Below are positions 12,001 to 23,600 of a stretch of 64,000 nt of DNA, piece by piece. The stretch comes from Tubulanus polymorphus. Taxonomy: Eukaryota; Animalia; Nemertea. The translations under genes and the position numbers were made by a program. The stretch is from assembly GCF_964204645.1 (NCBI RefSeq), contig NC_134026.1, forward strand, positions 28,988,150 to 29,052,149, in the 5' to 3' direction. The first letter of the stretch is position 1, and every line of letters begins with the position of its first letter. The notes beneath the pieces were generated by a model. The model was not told the origin of the DNA and did no database searches. It saw nothing but the letters and a program-made list of their open reading frames with translations.

Positions 12001-15000
12001 TTACTGCGCGAATAGACCTCAACCAACACGACTACCGTCTCGCTGTGAAGTGCTCGATGTATTAGACGTCATCAACAGTAAATGTATCCCACCTCATGAG
12101 ATTTTGAACATACAAATGGTGACTGGTAACCGTGATAGATTCTGCCTGTAAGCACAACTCCATACGCATTCATTATACACATTTATTAAAGTCGAAATTA
12201 ATTCATCTTTTCGATTTCCATTTTCAGTGGAATAAATGAACTGATTAACTGCGTGTTGAGAAATACTCAGTGCTCCGAGATGACAGTCATGAATTCCATC
12301 ATGAAATACAAGACTTTATTTCCGATGTCGGTTTCACGTTATCTGGACCCTTGTTTGAAATCGACCTGTAACAATATGACAGCGATAGAGTCAGTGTTAT
12401 TCAACTCATGCGCGGACGAGCACAGTGCACTCAATGCTACCTTATCAAGACCAATAACTGACAATTCAGGAGTGTGCAGGTAATATATAATGATAATGAT
12501 GATAATTCATCACTTACAAGATTCTATTATTTTCCTGTTGTGCTATTTCCACATTCCAGGCAGTGATGCTGAAACCATACAACATGAAACAGCACATCAT
12601 AGAAAATAACCAACATGAATTTGATAGAATAATCACATTTGGAAATAGACAAACATGGAAATTGACCAACATGGAAAATAATACATTTCTATCAATTTCC
12701 ATGATGGTCAATTTCCGAATGTGACTATTCTATCAAATTCCAGTTCTGGATTTTTCTATCTTATTCCAAGGTGTTCACTGATGTTAATTTCCATGTCGTG
12801 CATTTTCCAGAAGTGAAAATTCTATTTAAATCCAATACTGGATTTTTAGGACAATTTCATGTCGGACAATTTCTGTGTTGTACATTTTCATGTTGTTCTT
12901 TGTCTATGATTGGTTTATTCCATGTTGTACTAATTCAGCATCCCCCTTACAAGTACTTATCATTATTACAATATTTCAGATTTCATTTAGTTGGTTATTT
13001 CTGATGCGAGTTGCAGAGAAAGACCATGCAACTACATCAGTGTAGTGTTAAATATTTTCTATGAATAAACATACCGGGTCATCTTCACCCGTCAAGGGAT
13101 TCGAACCCACTACGCTAAAGCTGTTCGCCGAACCCCTTGACCTCACGAGTCGTTGGAGTCGTTACTAGCCGACCAGAATCGGGTCGTACCAATCACAGCG
13201 CTTGTAACAAACGACTTTAGGCCTCTATTGGTTTTCCCATTAAATGAACCAATCAGCGAACGTTTTACTGAACAAGGAAGTATTTCGCAAATCGATATAT
13301 GACGTCATGCGCAACAGCGCCAGTAATGAAATCACGCTTCGTGAGGCCAGGGGGCCGGTGGAAGCGAGTTCGGGAGTGATACCGGACCCCTGGCAAGCGA
13401 GGATGATACCGGGTAGACTTCATATTCTTACTTGAATATTGCATCTCTTACAGGCAGTTGAATCAAACATATACTTGTTTACGTAATCAACTGAAATGTC
13501 CAGAAGAAGACTTCAATAAACTTATGAATAATCGTAAACTTTTCCCATTCGCATTTGATCGGAGAAATTGTCAGAACAGAGTAAAGTGTGAAGAATTATC
13601 AGTCATAAATGTGTTAATGACACATTGTACGGGAAGTCTATCTCAGTTAAAGATGGCTATAAACTCTAATAATCAGAATATCTGCAGGTTTGTACAATGC
13701 ATACGTACATCTTTCAACTACCGGTAATAGTAAAATAATTGAAATTGTAGTAATTGTATTATTTGTGTTTATTGTAGTTACGTTGATAGACTGGGATTCT
13801 GTGTCACTAATTTCACTCGATGCAGCATTGAAGATGCTAAACTGATGGTGGATAGGAATAAAATGATGCTGCAGCAATACCTGGGAGTGACAAATTTCAG
13901 TGGTTGTTTGACTAATATCAGTCGATGTACTGTTAATAATGTTGTCAGTATCGCTCAAACAAACTGTTCAGATATTCTCAAGAAAGTTCATGTTTCTTCA
14001 AAAGCTGCTCCATCATTATTATGTCCGTAAGTACTTAATCACTGTTAAAATATTCTAGATTGAAAGCTTTGAATTCCGGGCCAAACTTTTATCAGCGCAT
14101 AATGAAATTCGTGTTGAGCAGGAAGTTATTAAACTAAGTGCTTAGCAGAAATCAACAGAAATCTTGGAATCTTATTGTACACTTAGTTATCATTGCATTA
14201 TATGAATTAATCACGGGTCTTAATCAAGTTTTCCTGCTTTTAGTTACTTGGAAAAAGACCTTCTCGGTTGCGTTAAGTACTATTCAATGTGCAAAGAAGA
14301 GCAAATAATGAATCTGATTCAAAATCCAAGCAGTTTACAGAAGATTGATGCGGCTATCCACATTGCCACACCTGTGAAAATTTGCGATAGATACCACGGA
14401 GATCGATGTAGAAATTATGAGAAATTTTTCAACATTGCGAAAACTAACTGTTCAAAAATAATCGCAGCAGTTGGGAATTATTCACTGATGAGGAATGATA
14501 CACAAGAAGCTTGCAGGTACGGTGTATGATAAATCATCATAAAATACTGATACAAATTAGATAGATTTCAATAAGTATCTTTCAATTTCAGGGAAGTTGA
14601 TGAATTTAGGAGATGTGTAAAACACGCGTCAAACTGTAATGAATCGGATGTTGATTTCATGATGACATCATTTAGTTCAGAGATGAAATCACTGTTCAGT
14701 GGATTTAGCTACAAAGATAGATGTCTGAATAACAGTATTCCATGTGGAGACCACGACTTAATGTTATCAGTAGTAAAAACCAAGTGTTCAAAGAATATTT
14801 CATCGATAGCACAATTAGTATCAACAAAACCAAATTCAACTGATGAAATATGCGGGTACTTATCGCTTCACATATGAGCTAGAAGAATTTCACTATTCAT
14901 TCAAATCCTTTACTTTGAAAAGATGTCTTTACTTTTCAGTTATTTCAGTCACAACTTCAGAATATGCGTGGAAACAAACACAAAATGTGATTCGGTATCA

Positions 15001-15816
15001 GTTGGCGCGATGTTTATGAGTCGGATGTCCGAATTCAAACGTTTGTTCGGAGGATTTGATATAATGAAATGTTCATCCTCGCAACCTGTAACTAAACCTC
15101 CATCGAATAAATCCTGTAATGATTCCATTATTCTGACTCTCATGAATAAGGATTGCGTCAAACAAAAAAATGCCGTGTTTAAATCAGCAAAAAGTGACCC
15201 ACAAACAAGTTGCAGGTACTGTAATTTCATTTGAGTGCTGTGCTGCGTATATCACATCTTGAATTTGTTTATGCAGTTTTGTGAAATAACTGGTGTTTTG
15301 ATTATTTTCTAGCGATTTCGGCATGTTGCTCGCCTGTTTAAGTCCGATTGCACCGTGCAGTAGTGACGATTTGACAATGATATTCATAAACAGTGCAAAG
15401 ATAAACTCGGCATTAAACGGTTTTAATTTGATCGCATGCGCCCGACCAGCTGCAACTGTAGACCCAACACAATGTTCACTTACTGCTGACAACTATTTAC
15501 AAGTGTCTGAAACCATTTGTCCGAACCAGTACCGATCTTATAAAGATAACATAGGCTCACCTACATCGATGTATTGTTTGTTAGTACATTTCTGATCACT
15601 TGTTTATTTTCTTTTCATCGTGTTGCAATATTTTTGAATTTCTTCTCTTTTTTATTTTTCAGTATGATGGCTATGTATTTGCAGTGCCTGGAAAAACAAA
15701 CGAAATGCGGTGTCGAGGCTGTTGTGATGACTTTAGTTATGTCGCCAAATCTGACAGCTCATTTTGGCGGAGTTCAAAAAATAATGAGTTGTTCATCACT
15801 TGCACCGATGAGATGA
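6050..15816 (+). CDS. Uncharacterised type II transmembrane protein: Tyr-motif tail, TM, SEA, mucin repeat, SEA, 10 Cys-rich repeats (22 exons, ~1646 aa)
   Basis: Exons 6050-6136, 6922-7060, 7771-7971 (TM VSVAVMVIVVLAVIAVVVYFL), 8314-8367, SEA1 8449-8558/8642-8709/8785-8954, 9032-10099, SEA2 10179-10288/10438-10505/10596-10765, 10859-11054, 11304-11564, 11878-12147, 12228-12479, 13454-13687, 13778-14026, 14244-14516, 14592-14855, 14940-15215, 15313-15579, 15663-15816. All GT-AG; total 4941 nt, in frame. SEA signature YSPALSNPAKQEYKSLAKEVE ... FSQGSVKV. The first exon is the least certain. Confidence 0.85.
6732..6805. mobile_element. 74-bp mini-element with TAGTCT...AGACTA termini
   Basis: Flanked by a 9-bp direct repeat CCCTGAAGT (6723-6731, 6806-6814); a related copy starting TAGTCTGAATACCAG lies at ~20149-20226. 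Confidence 0.6.
7242..7599. mobile_element. MITE / non-autonomous DNA transposon
   Basis: TIR CAGGGGCGGATCCAG ... CTGGATCCGCCTCTG, 5-bp TSD CTCGT, GC-rich interior. Confidence 0.8.
9109..10047 (+). repeat. 57-bp coding minisatellite (~16.5 copies) encoding mucin-like MSTTPGKTPYMSSTTPGSK
   Basis: Unit starts ATGTCTACAA recur every 57 bp from 9109 to 10021; two unit variants (ending GSK or VSG). Confidence 0.97.
12566..12942. mobile_element. Foldback/MITE-like element in an intron
   Basis: Terminal inverted similarity (GATGCTGAA..TACAACATG / CATGTTGTA..TTCAGCATC) with internal repeated CAACATGG/CCATGTTG motifs and an internal inverted repeat. Confidence 0.55.
13080..13405. mobile_element. MITE with long imperfect TIRs and 9-bp TSD (Mutator-like)
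   Basis: TSD ATACCGGGT at 13071-13079 and 13406-13414; ~80-bp degenerate TIRs with CATC...GATG termini. Confidence 0.7.
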
Positions 15817-16395
15817 AGAGCAATGAATATACAGTAAAATCAGCCTTACTCGGAAGCGTTGGCACTGAATTTTTCTATGAGTTGAGAATCGGTACAAAAG
15901 AAGGTTTTTTGAAACTTCACCATATTGAGCGGTTTACTGAATCGGCCGGTACTGTGAGTAAGGTAGAGTCTACTGTATATTTATTTGTGTATTTATGGAT
16001 TTCGATCGAGAGTCCATGGTGTGTGTAATTGATAGCGAAGCTAATAACTCAGAATCTCACCAGATGACTGTATTCAAATTCCTACTTAAATATATTAAAA
16101 CAGTTCTGAAAATCTTCCTTATCATCTCTTCTCTATATATGTGACAGTGTCAGATGGGGGTTTGTTAATGCATGCCATGTATTATGCTGCATTCTGAGGC
16201 TCTGTACGAATTAAGACCTAGATCTACTCCTTGATCCTGGACTTGAATCTACCCGTGAAATCTACTCTGGTCCAAGTATTGTAAATTACATAAATCAGTA
16301 TTTATTATATTGTATTTTGTGGTGAATTGTTTATTTGTACATGTATTAAGATAATGTTTTTTGTATTACTCCATCAATCATGTATTTTTTCTGCT

Positions 16396-16566
16396 GTGGA
16401 ACCTCGTTATAACATCCTCGGATTACGATTTATCGGTAATCAACGTATTAAGAATTTCATCCCGGGATAATTTTGATCATATTCCATACTGGACGTAAAG
16501 AACTGTAGGTTATAACGGACATGTTTTCCCGGTGGTCCCTTAAAGTTTGTTGTAACGAGGTTCCAC
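16396..16566. mobile_element. Tc1/mariner-type MITE remnant
   Basis: TIR GTGGAACCTCGTTATAAC ... GTTGTAACGAGGTTCCAC, between the convergent 3' ends of two genes. Confidence 0.65.
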
Positions 16567-16918
16567 GTACACTATTATTTCAAATTAAACTGCATTAAGA
16601 CAAATCAAATACCGGGTAAGCAAGAAATGTGATACGATAGATACAGCAGAATGCTTTATTTATGTTCGTCCATATCATTTTACAAGGTTGACTCAATATT
16701 CATAACCGTCCATTTTATGTAATTTATAAAGAACAGAACGGTAAATGGATTATGTTTCTATTTAATTGTATATATTCGTAAACAGTATTGGTGTAAGGGT
16801 TCCTTTTTTCTCTGTTTATATTTCTTTATAAATGATGTTTATATCTTTTTTTGAAGACTTGATAATATTTGATACATGCCCGTTGCCAAATACATAATAC
16901 ATGATTGAAGACTATTAT

Positions 16919-18517
16919 TCAGTGTTCGTAATCTATTTTCACAACCTGTCCAGTTGATAAACCTCTCTCGCATGCTTCTATTATCTTATGCACTCGTACT
17001 ATGCTGTCTTTGGTTATTTTCAAAGTTTCTTTGCCTAAAATTGAAATATGTAAAGCAAAAACCTCTTAAGAAATGTTCAATTTAGTAACAGAATGATAGC
17101 GTTTTCGCTCTCACCTTGAATTACGTCGAAGAAGTTCTTAAGAGCGGCTTCGTAACTGTCTTTGTAACGTTGAGGAAACGAATATTTGATCGGTTCGTAC
17201 GACATTCCCTGTTTATTCGAAACCGATATCTCGAACGGTCTTTGATTCTCTGAGATGAACATCCCATTTTCGGCGAATATCTGAAAACAAGACGTGGACC
17301 GATAAGATTCTGCTGAATTCCAAAGATGACACGTACGGAACACGGGCGTACGCTTTACCTCCAATGTCTGGTGATAGCCGTAAGAAGCAAATCTACTGAG
17401 TTCGATAACGCAAGAGGTATTTGTTGGGTACTTCATAATAATGAAACATGTGTCCAGGTCGTTCGTAGCCGCAATTTCGCGGGAGAAAGTGTGACCTTGT
17501 ACGTACACAGTTTCAGGCCAGGAATCAAGAATCCAGCAAATGAAGTCAATATCATGAACCGCGCAGTCATGGAATATTCCACCTAGAAATTAAACTAATC
17601 TGTTGAATACATTCATTCACATTAATAAATGAATGATATGTGTTCAAATTTCTTATTTTAACCTGATATTTTCAAGTATTCTAAAGATGGTAATGGATGA
17701 TCTCTGGAACATGATTTTACGGTAAAGATTTGTCCATATTCCTCTCTTTTGTTGAATAGCTGTTGCAGTGAAGGATCGTACCGTCTAAAAATCATACATA
17801 AAATATCTGAATCTCTTCGTAGTAAATATTTTTATATACAAAAATGTACGGTAAATACTTAGCAAGAAACAATTGGACTTTTATCGTTTTTATCTTATCA
17901 TCTGTTGGATTTATCAGTGAAAGGACTGAATTAATCTAAATATCGAATGATTTTTATACGTTACCTGTTCAACGAGCAGAATAGAATCTTTCCCGCTTTT
18001 TCGGCATCGTCGTAACACTGTTTAGTTTGTTCTATATTCTGTGAAATTGGCTTCTCACAGAATACGTGTTTCCCATGATCCAGAGATTTCTGGACAATTT
18101 CATAATGTGTATATGTTGGCGTACAAACGAAGACACACTGTACCCTGAAATAAACATGAATAAAACAAACATACGTATATCTATTTTCGTTTCTGCATTA
18201 TGAATAATGGTTCGTTCAGTTAATGTAGTTTCCAGGTAAAGGATTTGGTATTGGCTTTTACGAAAGTATTACCTTTCATCGAGGAAAACTTCGTCAGCAT
18301 CTGTATCTTTGATCGCCGTTGTATCCCCTTCAAGGTTATATTGCTCTACGAGATCATCTGCCAAATTCGTATTGCGATCTACCAAGTATAAAACCTGTGC
18401 CCGATGAGATGCGGACAAATTATTCAAGTGTATCTGGCCACTCCGTCCTACACCAAAAATTGCTACACCAAACTTTTTACGGAGATTTGCTCCTGGTAAT
18501 CCGTTCAACAGCTCCAT
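16919..18517 (-). CDS. Gfo/Idh/MocA-family oxidoreductase (myo-inositol 2-dehydrogenase-like), 5 exons
   Basis: Exons 18517-18273, 18144-17965, 17784-17663, 17582-17115, 17034-16919. Rossmann motif VAIFGVGRSG; HVFCEKP; NRRYDP; DCAVHDID; ends QVVKIDYEH-stop. Confidence 0.92.
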
Positions 18518-19060
18518 AATAACGCTAATAAGGTTTACAAGGACGTCTTGAGTGGACTCTGGACCCTGAAATTACAATCCAGTTCATAAAACAACATCGA
18601 TCGATCTCCTAGAAATATAATCAATTAGCATAATCCGCTCAACTGACGTTGTTTTCTTTTTAAGAAATTAAAAAATTAAGCCTTGAGGCCTAACAAAATG
18701 AAGTGAAATAGCTGGAATGAACCAGTTCATTAAAACACACGATTTCAAGGACTTTGTGCTCATTCCTTCCGGCAAGTTCCAGTTTTCCCTATTGACTTAG
18801 AGATAGGAAGATTGACAAGGTCCACCAATCTCCAAGCCTGACTGGTCCACTCTGACCCTCTGGTTTCATATAATAAAACTTTTCAAACTACTGTTCAGCA
18901 GGTCGATCGTCAATGCAGCGAGCGCGCGGTGTATAATAGCTTCGAATAAATGGGATTCGAACTCACCCAGTCCTGTTCAGCGAGCTATATATAGGCATTA
19001 CATGGGTTTTTCCAATTCATTCGTTTCCGGGTTGGGTAAATGTACCGAATTTAGGGAAGG

Positions 19061-20627
19061 ATGGGGCGCGTATTTTTGATGTGTTGTTTGATTTCCCTGT
19101 GTCATATTTATCACATCAATAGTAGTTGCCCCTCAAAAATAAAACTCCAGTTGCTTCAACCTTCCAACAGATCGTTAACATGCGGCAAAGAAGATATAGT
19201 TTTGGCTGAAGCTGACAATTCAGATGGAATGCAACATATGCAGTTTCAGATCAGTGCCACCCCAGCCGATTGTGTAGTAAGTATCCATATAAGCTTATTG
19301 ACCCATACTCCCTAGAGATCTCTCATGAAATATTTTTGCACAAACACGCAATTTTTCTGTGATACATCAGACACTACACTAGGTTTTTGGTGAAGGATGC
19401 GGGGACCCAAGCCGGGCAGGGGGTGCACCCCCTAGAAATTTTGCCCTGAAATTCATGGGTAGGCCTAGGCCCTAAATGGAAAATATTAAACTGATACCAA
19501 GAGAAGTTAAAGTTCATATGCTTGTCCTCTGTATTTCCAAAAATGAGTTATCTTTTTTCGGGGTGCACTCTTGATGTTCAAATGATGTCCCTTATTTGGA
19601 GCTTGCACCCCTCCCTGAGTGAGACCCTAGATCCGCACCTGACTGTTGACTGTCCCTTAAGTCCAGCACTGGCTGGTATTATTGTTTTAGGCCTAATCGT
19701 ACTGGCCAGATGCTTTGAATAAAAAACCAACTGGTTTGTGAAACTATCCGATCGTGAAACTAAACCACAAACAGGTTACTGACTAGACATTGCCCATCTT
19801 TTTGACAACAAATTTAGACACAATTCGAGCCATATTCTGAATATCAGACAGATGAACCAGTTCCCTTGCAACCTGGGAAAGGCATTAGGAAGCCTTCTTG
19901 TACTAGACTGACTGTTTGGGGCCACAACTACGGTACTATATTGAATACACAACATTGACTTGGGCATCAAGCGTCTAATGACCTCACAGCTGATGAACGT
20001 TTCCGAGTTAAAATCAATTGAAAAAAAATATGGTATTATGACTTTGGATATGTTGGATCTGTGCAAGTCATCAGCAACTCATTTCTGTCAAATTCTTACT
20101 TGTATATCTGCAACCCTTTAGTTACAGCACATGACCCTCTCTCTGTAATAGTCTGAATACCAGACAAGAAAGTACAGATTCCCTTATAAACTCCCTGTTC
20201 GGGAATAACAGCTAAAAACTAGGCTATTGAAGGGGCCCTTCTAAAAGGTATCATATCGTAATAGATTGGTTAAAATGCAATGTTTTTGTTTAATCGATAG
20301 AATTTATGCTGATAATTGCAGGCTTGTCGATACACTCTGGTGATAGTTGATCCCGATGCTCCTGGTCTGGAACGTAATCAGTTCTATCTTCATATGATCG
20401 TTGCTAACTTGATGGTGAGAATTATATTTTGTTCGAGTTTGGTCGGTGTTAAATTTGTTGATGCCCGAACCCTGTTCATCGCTCGAGACATGTTTTTCAA
20501 CAACAACAACAAAAATTGCCTGAAAAAAAACATTTACATTACTTTGAATATGAAATTGTGACAGCTGGTTATTCTGTGATAGATTGAGTGCCTTTATTCT
20601 TGTTACAGGTGGTGTCTGCATAGATAC

Positions 20628-20690
<63 letters not shown>

Positions 20691-23600
20691 CGTTGACTGT
20701 TACCTTACATCTTTCTCTATACGTTTAATCAACAATCACTCTAAATTTATTGAGAGACACTAAATTTCCAGCCATAAATATTTACCGATTTTGAGTTCAC
20801 CGTTCTATATCAGGTTATTTATTCAGCATGTTATTTTTTGTCAAGCTGTTGGTGTGGGTTGGTGTCATTAAGTTTTATCTTCCAATCAGGGTGCTGAACT
20901 AACTTTTTCCAGGTTATTGACCGCAATCATGAATCATTCGCCACGATAATGTCTTAAAACAAATAGACCTGGGAAGATTTCTTTATTTCTTTAGTTTATT
21001 TAACTATCAATCTATAAAAAAAATCACAGGGCGTTGACCTGAGAATAATTGTCCATTGTTCATGGGGAGAATGATTACTTCTTGACTCCCGGCAGGATTA
21101 GAACTATGTTCAGAATGTAAGATTGTTTTTTATTAGAAATACTTTCTTATTCTATTTCTTTTCAAATTTGGTATCTATCTGTATAAGGTATAAGGTATAA
21201 ATTTATTGAGAGACACTAAATTTCCAGCCATAGATATTTAGTTATATAGTAGTTTAGGATTTTGAGTTCACCGTTCTCTATCGGGTTATTTATTCAGCAT
21301 CTTATTTTTTGTCAAGATAGCTGTTGGTGTGGGTTGGTGTCATTAAGTTTTATCTTCCAATCAGGGTGCTGAACTAACTTTTTCCTGGTTATTGACCACA
21401 ATCATGAATCATTCACCACGATAATGTCTTAAAACAAATAGACCTGGAATAATGTCTTTAGTTTATTTAACTGTCAATCTATAAAAGAAATCACAGGTCG
21501 TTGACCTAAGAATAATTTTCCATTGTTCATGGGGAGAATGATGAACGGAATTTCAAATAAATTGATAAAAGACAAAACAAATATACATGTTCAATTGAAT
21601 AACAGCAGTTTGCATAGTATGTATACTGCGTAGTATGACACTACTGAAGCCAAAAACTCTTTAGGTTGACTGAGCTCTGTGGTGAAAAGTTATGGCTATG
21701 TTTCTTTTTTCATCAGTGCATTTTGCCAATCCTTACACTCTAAAACTGCTAATAGATTGTCATCGAATTAATGATATTGTCCAGTCTGAAGTGTGCTGCC
21801 ATCTACCTATGTTACACCGTTACGAGGACAAAATCCAAGCATCTGTCACCCAAGATATGCTGCCATCTAGGATGTACTTGTGGGGTTCTTGAACTCATGT
21901 AGAATATTTTGAAACATTCGTTCGTCTTATCGATTTTTCTAACCTTGCACTTAAAATGCTGGGTTATGTATAATTGAAAAAGGTTACTTTTTACAGTTCG
22001 ATCTTCCCAAATAACTATGATTTTATGAAATCTGATAATGATCTGCTCTGTTTAAACTGTTAACATGAATACGAGTAGTGTTTACATGATATATTATACT
22101 GTTTATATTCGTTCAATGTCTCTAAAATGGAGCATTTATTCACTTGATATTCATGTGGGCTTTTATTGGTGTCTTATTCTCTTAATGTTTTGGCTGTCTA
22201 TGGATTTGAGCCCGAGTCCAGCCCTCTTTTCACCTTGTAACGGTCTCAATATGAGATTTATTGTTTGCCTACATATAGACTAATTTCACATCATCAGTAT
22301 TTGAGTGAGGAGTCCATCAATGAACTAAGTAAAAGATAGGAGACAAAACATTGAACAATTAATACTTATGTGAAATACAGGATTCTTGAGTAATAAAGGA
22401 AATTCCACAAATGAAGTCTGAAATCTTTCCTGAGCTAGTATTCTATTGACCTATATGAAGTACGTTATGCCTGGAAGAAAATGTGCATTATCTACCTGTG
22501 TATTTTATTTTATCGATTTTATGAAAGTAGCATTATAGTTCAGTTTCATTGATGTTTAATAATCGATAATGGCTTCGTGGAATTTTTCCATCCAGACTCT
22601 TGTTTAACTTACCCCTGGCAATTTGACGTCACTAGTCAGACATACGAGTCGAAATTTCACACCCATCTTCATTGATTTACCTCGTTAAAAATCTGATGTA
22701 TTACCGCGAATGGGTGGTTTTCGGAGAAATGTTACTACTACTTGGCCATCGTAGTACTCGCGTTTTCCATAATTGGGCACATCTACGCGACATTTGTGAA
22801 ATTCTACGAAAACAATTTTGTTCATTCATGAAATTGAACCTTTCTGAAAAAATTAATGTTTTACAACCGGTACTTCCTATTTAGGTAAGGCGGACTGAAG
22901 ATACATAAACATCGTAAAAGGTTATAGGCTAACTGATATTCTAAATCGATATGGTTTGATTTAAGCTGTTAATGCAGATGATGTACACTGCATATAGCTC
23001 AGAATATCACCTCGCACAGACTTTCAAATCAGAAAAATCGTTTTCCAAATTATTCAATTCAAAAATTATCAGAAATCGTCCGCAAGAAATCCAAAGTAGG
23101 CAGATATAACTGTATAAAACCTTTAGGACTGATTGCTATACATGTAAAATTTGGCAATATCCAAGATTCATCAATAATCTAAGATAATGTAAGATATTGA
23201 GCTTATGGCGATAGTTGTGTTTATAGCCGCGATTACACGAGCATTTTTTGGCCGGGGCCAAATTTGGCCTTTGTGAATTGGGTTCCAGAAGTGGCTGAGT
23301 ATTGTTTAGTATTGAGTTGAGTGTTTTACGTGTGATCGCGCTCTCTAATTTGGCACGGACCAAAAATCTTCTCTTGCGTGATTCCGGCATATGTAGAAAA
23401 TAACTGCTAGAATTGCGTCCTAAAGCGGGCTTTAACTAAAACGGCAGTGAGATATGTACGTTTTAAAGCTTATCAATACATTTCTGATGGATTAATTGAA
23501 AAATTCTTGAAACCTTGTGAGACAATTTAGAAATTTACCGTGAAGTATGTAGGGCTTTTCATAACTGTATTTTATAAATAGAGATTTCCTCTCACAGCTT

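Noticed and set aside
13090-13125. GGGATTCGAACCC B-box-like motif suggesting a tRNA or SINE
   Set aside because: No cloverleaf or A-box; it lies inside the TIR of a TSD-flanked MITE.
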